A DNA stretch of 64,000 nucleotides from a virus, in IMG/VR virus record IMGVR_UViG_3300009709_000022, positions 1 through 64,000 of that record; one strand, given 5' to 3'. Below the pieces are notes generated by a model, which saw nothing but the letters and a program-made list of their open reading frames with translations, ran no database searches and was not told where the DNA came from. Shown in pieces: positions 54,357 to 63,501 of the stretch; positions within the stretch are counted from its first letter, which is position 1; the number at the start of each line of letters is the position of its first letter. Made by a program: the position numbers and the translations under genes.

Positions 54357-54608
54357 ATGGCGATAAGAGTCAGCATCAACGACAGCGCAGCTCTCAAGCT
54401 CAACGACAAGGGCAAAGAGTTACTCGAACAACACCTCAAGCTGTTCTTGCGCGTCGAGAAGCCCGAAGAGTACATACACCGCAACACACGATGGGATGGC
54501 CGAGTGGTGCTGCCACTCTTCGAGGTCATGAACATCTTCGGACCAGGCCTCGTCCATGGCATGGATTGCCCGTTTGACATCGACATCGAATTGATCCCCA
54601 ACAACTAA
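54357..54608 (+). CDS. Hypothetical protein
   Basis: IND...KL...G...L.EVMNIFG phage motif. Confidence 0.65.
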   Translation: MAIRVSINDSAALKLNDKGKELLEQHLKLFLRVEKPEEYIHRNTRWDGRVVLPLFEVMNIFGPGLVHGMDCPFDIDIELIPNN

Positions 54609-54621
54609 GCGAGGCGCGTCC

Positions 54622-54975
54622 ATGATGCAACGCCACATGAATCACTGCACCGAGAAGATGCTTCCCGACTTCGACATTCAGACCGTTCCGGCTTTGGGAA
54701 CACCATGGTTCACTGGATGGAGACACGTTCAGCCCAACGATCCCAGCAGCGGTGTCGTTGGCCAGATTGTGTACATCCTTCCGAACGATGAGCGCCGGCG
54801 ATTCATCTACGTGAACCTGCCCGGCCTTGAGACAGGCACCGCCTTCGAAGGCGAAGTCATGGACATCGGAACCAAACGCATGCGCGAAGATAGCGACATC
54901 GAAGAGATGCGGAATATCATGCGCGCCGGGCTGGATAAACTGCACGAAGAGATTGAGGAGTTCTCGAAGTCATAG
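54622..54975 (+). CDS. Hypothetical protein
   Basis: Operon ORF. Confidence 0.6.
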   Translation: MMQRHMNHCTEKMLPDFDIQTVPALGTPWFTGWRHVQPNDPSSGVVGQIVYILPNDERRRFIYVNLPGLETGTAFEGEVMDIGTKRMREDSDIEEMRNIMRAGLDKLHEEIEEFSKS

Positions 54976-55740
54976 ATGGCGAACTGGACACACCTCTTTG
55001 CGAAACACCGCTGCGATCGAAAGAAGGCGTACCCCAGCCAAGGGTTCGCCCGCAAGGTCGCGTGGAACGCATCGCTCAGAGCCAAGAAGCCAATCGTCGA
55101 TTACAAATGCCCTGATTGTTCCGCCTGGCATGTTGGGCGAGCTTCCGCGGAAATGGCAAAGGAGTTGCAGCCAGAGCTGGACGAAGCCATCCTCAAACTG
55201 CGAAAGGTTCAGGAGGATCGAGCAGCACGAATCGCTCGCACCGTCATCACCGATCTGGTGGTGCCAGACAAGCCGAGAACAACACCAGCAATTGAGAAGA
55301 CCGGTCACCGCGTCGAGCCCATGCTGGCAGAACGGCCACACCACGTTGCAGTGGTGCATGTCGATCGCAACGTTCCCATCAAGATGGCAAAGCCGAAGCA
55401 GTCAAAGAAAGACTCATGCCCTGGACCCGCACGAACCGAATCGCCATACAAGGTGTATCCAGGGATGGTGCATGGCTATATGACGGCAATCGACCCGGCA
55501 GGACCAGGTCACTGGTTTTGTGTGTGCGTGTGCGGTACGCAGGAAACACGGCGCAACAAAACAATGCAAAAAGAAAATACGCTTGATTGCTGCCGGGAAT
55601 GCAACAAGGTGGCAGGATGGCTACGCAACGGATCCGGTGACAAAGCAGACACAGAGTTGTTCGTCGACGACGCCGTGAGATTTACGCTTGAGGCCATACA
55701 CGAAAGGAATTCAGTACGTGAACAAAACACCAACTCCTAA
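54976..55740 (+). CDS. Zn-finger hypothetical protein
   Basis: K.AY...Y.CP.C..WHVG; W.C.C.CG. Confidence 0.65.
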   Translation: MANWTHLFAKHRCDRKKAYPSQGFARKVAWNASLRAKKPIVDYKCPDCSAWHVGRASAEMAKELQPELDEAILKLRKVQEDRAARIARTVITDLVVPDKPRTTPAIEKTGHRVEPMLAERPHHVAVVHVDRNVPIKMAKPKQSKKDSCPGPARTESPYKVYPGMVHGYMTAIDPAGPGHWFCVCVCGTQETRRNKTMQKENTLDCCRECNKVAGWLRNGSGDKADTELFVDDAVRFTLEAIHERNSVREQNTNS

Positions 55741-56011
55741 GTTCGAGATCGTCGACATCGACACCGTCGTCAACAAGGCAGTGCGTAGAGGCTACGCCGC
55801 CGAGCTGTACAACTATCTGGTCACACTGCACAAAGAGCGGCCCGACAAGAAGATGGTGATTCAGTTCACGTCATGGTCTTCCGCGCGCCAGTGCCGCATT
55901 CGCATGGCGAAGTACGCACAGGAAGATGGCTACACGCTTATGTACGAACCCGTGAAGAACGGTGGTGGTAACACTGCAATGTGGGTTGTAAAGAGCGAGG
56001 AAGAGCAATGA
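55718..56011 (+). CDS. Hypothetical protein
   Basis: GTG after AAGGA. Confidence 0.6.
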   Translation: MNKTPTPKFEIVDIDTVVNKAVRRGYAAELYNYLVTLHKERPDKKMVIQFTSWSSARQCRIRMAKYAQEDGYTLMYEPVKNGGGNTAMWVVKSEEEQ

Positions 56012-56418
56012 ACAAGGAAATTGCAGCCAAAATAAAACGCTTGAAACAGGACAACAAAGGCTACCCTGCACACCTTGTCGACGTTCCGAAAGAGTTCTGG
56101 CCACTCACCTGGAAGGCGGACCCCCGTCTCGAATACGTGCGCGTGCTGCGCTCTTCAAAATTCCTCGTGCAGATCATCGTCGAGCATCCATCCGAGAACG
56201 TCCGCATGTCCGTGTCAAGAACAATGATTGACCATCAGGGCAACTGGAAGGCCGACATCTCGTGGGAAGAGCTGCAGCAGGTGAAGTATGAGGCTGGCTG
56301 GGGCGAGTTCATCTGTGTCGAGATTTACCCGGCAAACGCGAACGTGGTCAATGTCGCCAACATGCGGCACCTGTGGTTGCTGCCGGAAGGCACGCAGATG
56401 GGCTGGGTGAAGGCGTGA
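56008..56418 (+). CDS. Conserved phage protein
   Basis: ISWEELQQVK...EIYP....VVNVANMRHLW. Confidence 0.8.
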   Translation: MNKEIAAKIKRLKQDNKGYPAHLVDVPKEFWPLTWKADPRLEYVRVLRSSKFLVQIIVEHPSENVRMSVSRTMIDHQGNWKADISWEELQQVKYEAGWGEFICVEIYPANANVVNVANMRHLWLLPEGTQMGWVKA

Positions 56419-56942
56419 GCGACACGCCAAAATTCGAGCTGATTCGCACCGGGGACAAGCCGAAGTCGAAGCCGAAGCAGCGCACCAAAATCGTTGGCAG
56501 TCCTGCGGCTCCGCCGAAACAGGATAAGCGGCCCTGGCTGCTTGGAACAGATGAGATTCCACCACCGATCGATGTTCCATACCAGATGTGGAGCAAGTCA
56601 TCGAACCCGTACGAGCAAGGCATGTTGCAGTTTGAATTCGTTCCACAAGGGGTGAAGGTTGGGTGGTGGTTCGAGCCCAAGCAAACAATCGAATGGCACG
56701 AGCTTGCGTTGTTCATCGGGTGCCTGCCGCGAGACTTTCAGGATGATATGCAATGCATCCGTGAGCAGACCTACACTGATGCGTTAAGGGAAGGATTCGC
56801 GTACGGTACGGCCAAAGCCATGGACTTCTGGAAAGAGAAAGCATTGCAGTGGCCGCAGTCGGAAGAGGCAGTGAAGCTGATTCAAGAGGCGATTCGCGTG
56901 CTGGAGTTTTACTGCAAGGTTGAAGAAGCGAGGACGAAGTGA
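56415..56942 (+). CDS. Hypothetical protein
   Basis: GTGA coupling. Confidence 0.6.
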   Translation: MSDTPKFELIRTGDKPKSKPKQRTKIVGSPAAPPKQDKRPWLLGTDEIPPPIDVPYQMWSKSSNPYEQGMLQFEFVPQGVKVGWWFEPKQTIEWHELALFIGCLPRDFQDDMQCIREQTYTDALREGFAYGTAKAMDFWKEKALQWPQSEEAVKLIQEAIRVLEFYCKVEEARTK

Positions 56943-57733
56943 AAGAACGACCAATCATGATGCAGCCAGAGAACGTGCTGGCGATTCTCGAAGGCCGTAA
57001 GACGCAGACGCGGCGAGTGGTGAAGCACAAAGGGATACAGCCGCCCGATTGGGCTACGCACTGCAATGCAGTGAAGATGCTCAACGCAAAGCAGGAATGG
57101 GTTCCTGCCAACCTCTTCAAGTGGTCTGAAGAGCAACCATCCCTTGATCCTCACGGTAAACTGCGCCGCTGGCCAATCGGACTCACAGATGACGACGTAT
57201 CAGGTGACAATTATGCGATCCCATGCCCGTACGGCAAGCCGGGGGATCGTCTGTGGGTGCGCGAGACGTTCTACGCCTATGGCTACTGGACAAAGCATTT
57301 CAGCGGCGAGTTGGGGCGTGACGTCAGACATTTCAACGACAAGACTCCCTTTGGTGATTACCGCTTTGAGCGTACGAAAGAGATGGAAGGGCCACACGAC
57401 GGCAACTGCGTATGGTGGAGGCGTCCAGCAATCTTTATGCCCCGCGCAGCCTCACGTATCACGCTTGAGATCACCGATGTGCGCGTGGAGCGGCTGCAGG
57501 ACATCAGCCACACAGACTGCATGGAAGAAGGTATTGCGGAGTGCCCAATACCAGCCGATGACGAAGGCCCCAACCGGATCGGATACATGATCGGTCCAGA
57601 CGATGGGAAGAGCGGACTGGATGTGGAGCCGCAGGAAAGCTATTGCAAGCTTTGGGACTCCATCAATGGCGAAGGCGCATGGGACAAGAACCCATGGGTC
57701 TGGGCTCTTACGTTCAAGAGGGTTGAAGCGTGA
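56939..57733 (+). CDS. ASCH-fold-like phage protein
   Basis: ERPI...AILEGRKTQTRR, GDRLWVRET, MPR.ASRITLEIT.VRVERLQDIS, NPWVW. Confidence 0.85.
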   Translation: MKERPIMMQPENVLAILEGRKTQTRRVVKHKGIQPPDWATHCNAVKMLNAKQEWVPANLFKWSEEQPSLDPHGKLRRWPIGLTDDDVSGDNYAIPCPYGKPGDRLWVRETFYAYGYWTKHFSGELGRDVRHFNDKTPFGDYRFERTKEMEGPHDGNCVWWRRPAIFMPRAASRITLEITDVRVERLQDISHTDCMEEGIAECPIPADDEGPNRIGYMIGPDDGKSGLDVEPQESYCKLWDSINGEGAWDKNPWVWALTFKRVEA

Positions 57734-57975
57734 CCGGACCTCAAGCCATTCCGCCATACGACGTGGCCTGCCCAGAATGCGCGCAGCAACCGGGCGAATG
57801 GTGCGCTAACTGGGTTGACCTCCGCGGCATGGTGGAAGACACCGAGTACGTACACGGCGGCCGCATCATTGCGAGTGCTGAATTTCGTGGAGATACATTG
57901 CCGATCGCACCAGAGCCGATGGTGCATCGCGTGATTGCAAAGACTGTGCTGGACAAGTTGTTTGGAGGCGTGTAA
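57730..57975 (+). CDS. Zn-finger protein
   Basis: CPEC.QQPGEWC...H..R. Confidence 0.6.
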   Translation: MTGPQAIPPYDVACPECAQQPGEWCANWVDLRGMVEDTEYVHGGRIIASAEFRGDTLPIAPEPMVHRVIAKTVLDKLFGGV

Positions 57976-58346
57976 TGGGACCAATTCATATTTGCCGTTT
58001 TGATAGCACCGGCGACATCTCTAATCGGAAGCTGACTTACAGCCTCGTGAAGTCCATTGTGCTTGAAGCGGGCCGATACTCCATTTTCGAGGCCACAGAT
58101 ACACCGAAGCGGGCGAAGCTCTTCACAATGCTTGGTGAAGACGAGGAGATAGTGGAAGACCGCACGCGGGACTATCCATGGATCTATGTCCGAGCTGCGA
58201 CTGCGGAGGAAATCGAAAAGCGGCGATCTGAACGTAAGCGCATTGCTGAATTGGAAGCAGACATGGTCCTCATCGGCAAGAACACATACGCTCCGCGCAA
58301 GATGGTTGAAGACTTCAAAATCAAAATGAGGACGAGCAATGGCTGA
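57975..58346 (+). CDS. Hypothetical protein
   Basis: TAATG coupling. Confidence 0.6.
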   Translation: MGPIHICRFDSTGDISNRKLTYSLVKSIVLEAGRYSIFEATDTPKRAKLFTMLGEDEEIVEDRTRDYPWIYVRAATAEEIEKRRSERKRIAELEADMVLIGKNTYAPRKMVEDFKIKMRTSNG

Positions 58347-59388
58347 CAAAACTGGTATCGAGTGGACTGACTCAACCTGGAATCCTATTCGTGGCTGCAC
58401 TCGCGTAAGCGAGGGTTGCCGTAACTGCTACGCGGAGGGCGTGGCAAGGCGATTCAGTGGCAAAGGGATGGCTTACGAGGGTCTGATCAACGTCACTACC
58501 GGCGCATGGAACGGCAACATCAAGTTCGTCGAGTCGCACCTGCTGGATCCACTGAAGTGGAAGAAGCCGCGCCGAATCTTCGTGAACAGCATGAGCGATC
58601 TGTTCCACGAGAACGTCACGGACGAGATGCGCGACCGCATCTTCGCGGTGATGGCGCTCTGCCCGCAGCACACGTTCCAGGCGCTTACCAAGCGCGCGCA
58701 ACGCATGCTTGCCTACCTCAAAGCACCAGGCGTATGGGACCGCATCAAGGATGTGTGCAGTGACATTCTGGCCGAGCGAGCAGACAAAGACATCCGCGCC
58801 CTGAGCTGGGACTTGCCGGCGTGGCCGCTGCCCAACGTCTGGCTAGGCGTCAGCGTGGAGAACCAGAAGGCCGCGGACGAGCGCATTCCGTTTCTGCTAC
58901 AGACGCCTGCGGCGGTGCGTTTCTTGTCATGTGAGCCGCTGCTAGGCCAGGTAAGTATTCGGTGGTTCGGTGGTCAAGCTCCGCATCCACGCCGCATAAA
59001 ACAAATGCCGGACGTTGAGCGTAATGGAAAGTTACTTGCTGGCTCCTGCGACGAGTACGACGGATTGCGAATGCTTGACTGGGTTATTGCCGGTGGCGAG
59101 AGCGGACCAGGTGCTCGCCCGATGCATCCGGATTGGGCGAGAAAACTACGCGATGAATGCAAGATTTCTGGCGTGCCGTTCTTCTTTAAGCAGTGGGGCG
59201 CGTGGGCACCGGGAAGCAAGGGTGGCAGCGACTGCATGTTCGGATCGGAAGGCCACATCCTAAAGTTCCCATTCAATGGTTCGCAGGTGATCAATGACAC
59301 ATACGAGCGCATGTCGCGTGTCGGCAAGAAATCCGCAGGCCATCTACTTGACGGCGTAGAACACCACGTCTTCCCGGAGGCACGCTGA
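58339..59388 (+). CDS. DUF5131 / phage Gp37-Gp68 family protein
   Basis: IEWTD.TWNP..GC..VS.GC.NCYA, FVNSMSDLFH, WVI.GGESG, PFFFKQWG. Confidence 0.92.
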   Translation: MADKTGIEWTDSTWNPIRGCTRVSEGCRNCYAEGVARRFSGKGMAYEGLINVTTGAWNGNIKFVESHLLDPLKWKKPRRIFVNSMSDLFHENVTDEMRDRIFAVMALCPQHTFQALTKRAQRMLAYLKAPGVWDRIKDVCSDILAERADKDIRALSWDLPAWPLPNVWLGVSVENQKAADERIPFLLQTPAAVRFLSCEPLLGQVSIRWFGGQAPHPRRIKQMPDVERNGKLLAGSCDEYDGLRMLDWVIAGGESGPGARPMHPDWARKLRDECKISGVPFFFKQWGAWAPGSKGGSDCMFGSEGHILKFPFNGSQVINDTYERMSRVGKKSAGHLLDGVEHHVFPEAR

Positions 59389-59705
59389 TGCTGCTTACTT
59401 TCAAACAACGACTATTGCTGCTGAGATGGATATTTATTGTCCAGTGTTCGTTCACTTGGATGTGCGGCTATCTCATTATCCGAACACCATGGTTCGCCAT
59501 AAATTTTGGGTGGTTTGATTATGACTGCACAAAACTCTGCCGGTGGACTGGTGTACGTGTTTACTACGGTCTTGAGGACTTTGAAAATATCTGGTACGGA
59601 AACTATCCCATCTTCCGCAAAGTGGACGAATTTTGCGTGATGGAATATCACACAGGAACGTATATGGGGTGGGAAGGATTCGAAACCCTCAAGGGGACAA
59701 AATAA
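59388..59705 (+). CDS. Hypothetical protein, low GC
   Basis: TGATG coupling. Confidence 0.5.
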   Translation: MLLTFKQRLLLLRWIFIVQCSFTWMCGYLIIRTPWFAINFGWFDYDCTKLCRWTGVRVYYGLEDFENIWYGNYPIFRKVDEFCVMEYHTGTYMGWEGFETLKGTK

Positions 59706-60584
59706 ATGCTGGACCGCAACAAGACGCAGCTCACACACGATGTCACCAACGCCACATCAGCATGGATGGATGAGAAGGGATTCAAGCCGGTAGAGACTGA
59801 GGTTACCGTCGCACCGGGTTGGTGCGCGGATCTCGCAGGCGTACTTGAGCCCACGGAAACCGAACTGATTGGGCTCAAATTCCTCAAGCGTCAGCCATCC
59901 TGGGATGACAAGAGACGTGGTGCTGGATGGACAAAGGAGCGGTATCTCGAACAGCAATCTATCAAGCGAAGGCTGTCCAGAATCATGACCTGCTTAGTGG
60001 AAGTGAAAACCAGTCGGTCGGACTTTTGCGGTGATCGTAAGTGGACGTTGGCCGTGCCCACGGACCTCGCGTACGTGGTGTTTCCAAAAGGGATGGTTCG
60101 TCAGGATGAATGGCCCGCAGGGTGGGGCATCCTGGAGTACAGCACGGTTGGCATACGATGCGTTCGGACGCCGACGCCGCAGTTTATGCCAGCCGACCAG
60201 CAACGCGACGTCATTATGAGTATTGCAGTGCGCCGGGACCATCACACGCGCTACGCACGCTGGAGAGAAATACAGAAGCTGCGGCGCGCGGAAGAAGCCG
60301 CAGCGCGTCCCATTGAGCGCGTAAGCGACGTGGTGCGGGCATTGTTCGATGTCATCCGTGGATACCGCCCAACACTCGAAGAAACGTTGCGCTACCACCG
60401 CCTCGCAGACAATCTCCCGCGGCACGTAATGGAACGCCTGCGGGAACTGTATGCATTGAAGCCTGATCTTGGCGAGGATCCAGATGCAATCGCGTTGCGA
60501 AAGAAACGCCGCCAAGAGATGGAAGCCAGGGTGTTGAGCAGGTTCGATGAAGGCAAACTTGAATCGGTACACAAAACTGTGTAG
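59706..60584 (+). CDS. PD-(D/E)XK nuclease-like (MmcB-like) protein
   Basis: ADL...VEVKTSRSDF..D.KW, P.GWGIL. Confidence 0.7.
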   Translation: MLDRNKTQLTHDVTNATSAWMDEKGFKPVETEVTVAPGWCADLAGVLEPTETELIGLKFLKRQPSWDDKRRGAGWTKERYLEQQSIKRRLSRIMTCLVEVKTSRSDFCGDRKWTLAVPTDLAYVVFPKGMVRQDEWPAGWGILEYSTVGIRCVRTPTPQFMPADQQRDVIMSIAVRRDHHTRYARWREIQKLRRAEEAAARPIERVSDVVRALFDVIRGYRPTLEETLRYHRLADNLPRHVMERLRELYALKPDLGEDPDAIALRKKRRQEMEARVLSRFDEGKLESVHKTV

Positions 60585-60593
60585 AGTGCAAGC

Positions 60594-60803
60594 ATGACAG
60601 CGATGGAACTGTTGATGGAAGTCGCGGACGATTTTCGTGAACACGGAGAGGGGAGAGACATCCTCATCGTTTACACGAATGAAGCGGGAGACGTGTGCGT
60701 GAAAGCAAACGGAAGTAAGACGCAGACATTGGGTTTGACGCGATACGCGGAAGAGGTCGCGATACAGGAATTGATGGCTGCGCGTCCCGGTGATCGCACA
60801 TGA
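60594..60803 (+). CDS. Small hypothetical protein
   Basis: Start overlaps operator-like motifs. Confidence 0.55.
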   Translation: MTAMELLMEVADDFREHGEGRDILIVYTNEAGDVCVKANGSKTQTLGLTRYAEEVAIQELMAARPGDRT

Positions 60804-61030
60804 GCCTGTGCCCTCAATGCGGTTATGACCTCACACGGAAGACAAAGCTGAAGCGTATCTGTGCGCATTGCAAGCAGCCAGTTGGAAACCACGACAAGTG
60901 GGCTTTTAACGATGATGGCCGCATTCAGCACAGAACCTGCACAAACCCCACGTTTTATTCGGACGAGCAGGCGGCTGCAGCTCGAGCACCGAAACCAACT
61001 CCGCTGTTCGATCAAATCGAAGCGGCATGA
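60800..61030 (+). CDS. Zn-finger protein
   Basis: CPQCG, CAHC, H..C. Confidence 0.6.
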   Translation: MSLCPQCGYDLTRKTKLKRICAHCKQPVGNHDKWAFNDDGRIQHRTCTNPTFYSDEQAAAARAPKPTPLFDQIEAA

Positions 61031-61290
61031 GAGCGAGGAAGCAATTGGCAAAAAAGAACGCAGAGGAGTACGTCCCCGCCTCCAGGATCATCGAAATGAT
61101 GAAGCAGCAGCAAGGCGGCAAGGACCAAAAAGAATTCGCCACGGAGATTGGTATTTCCGAGCAGATGTTGAGCTCAATCTATTCCGGGACTCGGCGGCCA
61201 GGCCAACCTGTGCTCGAATTTCTCGGCAAGAAAGTGAAGTGCAAAATTGAAAAAGCGGAAGGAATCTTCCGCATGGAGGCAAGGGCATGA
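61027..61290 (+). CDS. XRE/Cro-like HTH regulator
   Basis: QKEFATEIGISEQMLSSIYSGTRRP. Confidence 0.85.
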   Translation: MRARKQLAKKNAEEYVPASRIIEMMKQQQGGKDQKEFATEIGISEQMLSSIYSGTRRPGQPVLEFLGKKVKCKIEKAEGIFRMEARA

Positions 61291-61694
61291 TGAAACTGAG
61301 CGACGCTGCAGTTCTCGGATCCTGCACGACCGAGATGGCCGGCCACGATTGGGATAACTGCTTCCTCGGAGCTGCAGCCAATGCTATCGGCCTGCCACGT
61401 ATATCCACCACGATCATCGATGGAATCCACACGGTTGACGTCCAGGCCCGTATTGATGCCATCCTCGAATACTGGCCGTGGTTGAATGAGCACGAAGGCC
61501 GCAGACTCACGGACATCACTTCGATGTACGATAGCGGGCGCTACACGTTTGAAGAAATGGTCGAGTATGTCCGCTCTGTCGAGCCGCCGTGCGCATGTGC
61601 TGTGCGCGATTGCTGCTGCGATCGTTCTGCATATCTATTCGGACAGTTTCCCGAAAGCGACGTGGAGCAGGCCAACGCAATGAGCCGTAGGTAG
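61287..61694 (+). CDS. Hypothetical protein
   Basis: MKLSDA..LG...C.LGAA...D...TFEE...YV motif. Confidence 0.65.
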   Translation: MMKLSDAAVLGSCTTEMAGHDWDNCFLGAAANAIGLPRISTTIIDGIHTVDVQARIDAILEYWPWLNEHEGRRLTDITSMYDSGRYTFEEMVEYVRSVEPPCACAVRDCCCDRSAYLFGQFPESDVEQANAMSRR

Positions 61695-62216
61695 GTTCCT
61701 CCAGAGTCGAGGGGTTCCATCCTTTCGTGCCATTATGATCAGGATGCCTTCGGCTTCGTCAGCCTCTGCCATGCAATTGGCAAGCATTTCTTCCGTGGAT
61801 CCCCGCTGCGGAAAAATCTGCTTAATACTGGGAGCCACATTGTTCTCTGTGGGTTGTGGGCATTTGGCATCAGGTTCTTCTTGTTCCACCAGCTCCATAT
61901 CGACCCGATTCTTGCTACCCAGGGAATCCTCCAGCCAGTTCGGATCATGCATTTGGTGCTGCATACGCACGCAAATCCCTTCCTCCGGGACATGATCATT
62001 CGCGAACACAGGCAAACCACAAAGCACGATGGTTTCCTTACGTCGCCCACGCAAGCGTCTCTTTAGTTTCTCCCATGGGGAAGCTGTGTTGGCAAGGGAG
62101 TCAGCCGTCTGGAGAATGTGGTGGTAGTTTCCTGGGTTGATATGCAGCTCTGCGGGAACCATTCCAGTTCTCCGGATCTCACCCAGTGCCTGCGCGATTG
62201 CGGTCAGCGGAATCAT
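61635..62216 (-). CDS. Hypothetical protein
   Basis: ORF after TATGAT -10 element. Confidence 0.55.
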   Translation of the reverse strand: MIPLTAIAQALGEIRRTGMVPAELHINPGNYHHILQTADSLANTASPWEKLKRRLRGRRKETIVLCGLPVFANDHVPEEGICVRMQHQMHDPNWLEDSLGSKNRVDMELVEQEEPDAKCPQPTENNVAPSIKQIFPQRGSTEEMLANCMAEADEAEGILIIMARKDGTPRLWRNLPTAHCVGLLHVAFGKLSE

Positions 62217-62389
62217 GCAAGCATCATAACGCCAAGAGAACAAAAAAGGGCCCCACTTTTTAAGGCGGGGCTTCTCCCAGTCGGTACAAAATTTGGTGGG
62301 AAGCCCTCAGATTGCTCTGCCGGAAAAGTCAGCGCTGGACACGCTTCAGGGCTACCACACACAAAAACTCTATCACGTCAATCATTTCG

Positions 62390-62438
62390 ATTTGCACATT
62401 TCCACAGGAGTTGTCCTTTTTCCACAGACAGTGGATAA
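62390..62438. promoter_or_regulatory. Cluster of DnaA-box-like 9-mers
   Basis: ATTTGCACA, ATTTCCACA, TTTTCCACA and TTATCCACT (minus strand). Confidence 0.45.
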
Positions 62439-62447
62439 CGTACTCTT

Positions 62448-62800
62448 CGACTCATCGCAGACAAAGCGATTCTCGGCAGAGATGCTGGGCGCTAGGACAA
62501 GAAGTACATCCGCGGAATCACGCGGAGCACCTCCAAACACACAGCTCCAAACCGGAAAAGGGAGCGAGTGAGTCGTACGAGATAAAGGCGATCTGGACGT
62601 CTGCCAATGGCAGGAGTTCGCCTGAAGGCTGACATGGATAGGTGTGGGATACTTTGCCGGATAGCGTGACCCGTTCCAACCCTCGCCGCGTAAGCGGACG
62701 GGCCTATGACGGTAGACCGGCAGCACCCTGGACGAAGCTGATGGAAGCGATCGACTGATGCATGCTTTCAACACTCGGAGGCCTGGACAAGGCCTCTCTG
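62448..62800 (+). ncRNA. Candidate structured ncRNA
   Basis: Long-range helices 62448-62458/62564-62575 and 62655-62660/62717-62722; GTAA tetraloop hairpin. Confidence 0.35.
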
Positions 62801-62871
62801 CGTCTGGTCGCTCTCTCCTTCTGCATTAACGAATGCTTGCATGAAGCGCTTATCACCTGTAGATTTGCCTC

Positions 62872-63501
62872 ATGAATAGCGCTGCACTGGTCGCTCTCTC
62901 CCTCATCGCTGGCGTATTCCTGGTCATCCTGATAGCGGCCATGGCCTTGATCATCGTCTTGATGATTCGTCTTCAAAGGATGACAGAAAGATTCGCTCAA
63001 GTTGTTCAAAACACAGAACTTGAACATGAGAAGCGATTGGATGCGTTCCTGGTTCAGTTTAATTCTTCGTGTGACGATTTTGCCGCCGAACAATATGCTT
63101 TCGACGAAGAACGTGGCAGGGTGATCAGTGGTCTGCAGTCCAGCATGGCTCAATTCCGCAACGAGACAAGAGAGACATTGAAGAGCCATCGCGAGACAAT
63201 GGACGATAAGCTCGCGGCACTGAACGCTCCCGCTCTGCTTTCGGCATCGTCGCAGATTACTGCGGCAGCGAAACAACTTGCACAAACCGCCGCTGCGGTG
63301 CAGTCTTTGCTCCTCGTTCAAGAGGATCGGGATAACAGCGAATCCGGAATCCAGGACGAATCGTATGCCCCAGACCAAAGCTCTTACTACTCTCAAGGCG
63401 CCACCGCTTACTCGGATGACCGGGCGGAGCGAGAAGGTGATCAAGCCGAACAGGAAGGACCGGCTACGCAGCTACCTTCGGAGGAAAGGCTATTCGCTTG
63501 A
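62872..63501 (+). CDS. Membrane-anchored coiled-coil protein
   Basis: N-terminal TM; promoter TTGCAT-17-TAGATT upstream. Confidence 0.7.
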   Translation: MNSAALVALSLIAGVFLVILIAAMALIIVLMIRLQRMTERFAQVVQNTELEHEKRLDAFLVQFNSSCDDFAAEQYAFDEERGRVISGLQSSMAQFRNETRETLKSHRETMDDKLAALNAPALLSASSQITAAAKQLAQTAAAVQSLLLVQEDRDNSESGIQDESYAPDQSSYYSQGATAYSDDRAEREGDQAEQEGPATQLPSEERLFA

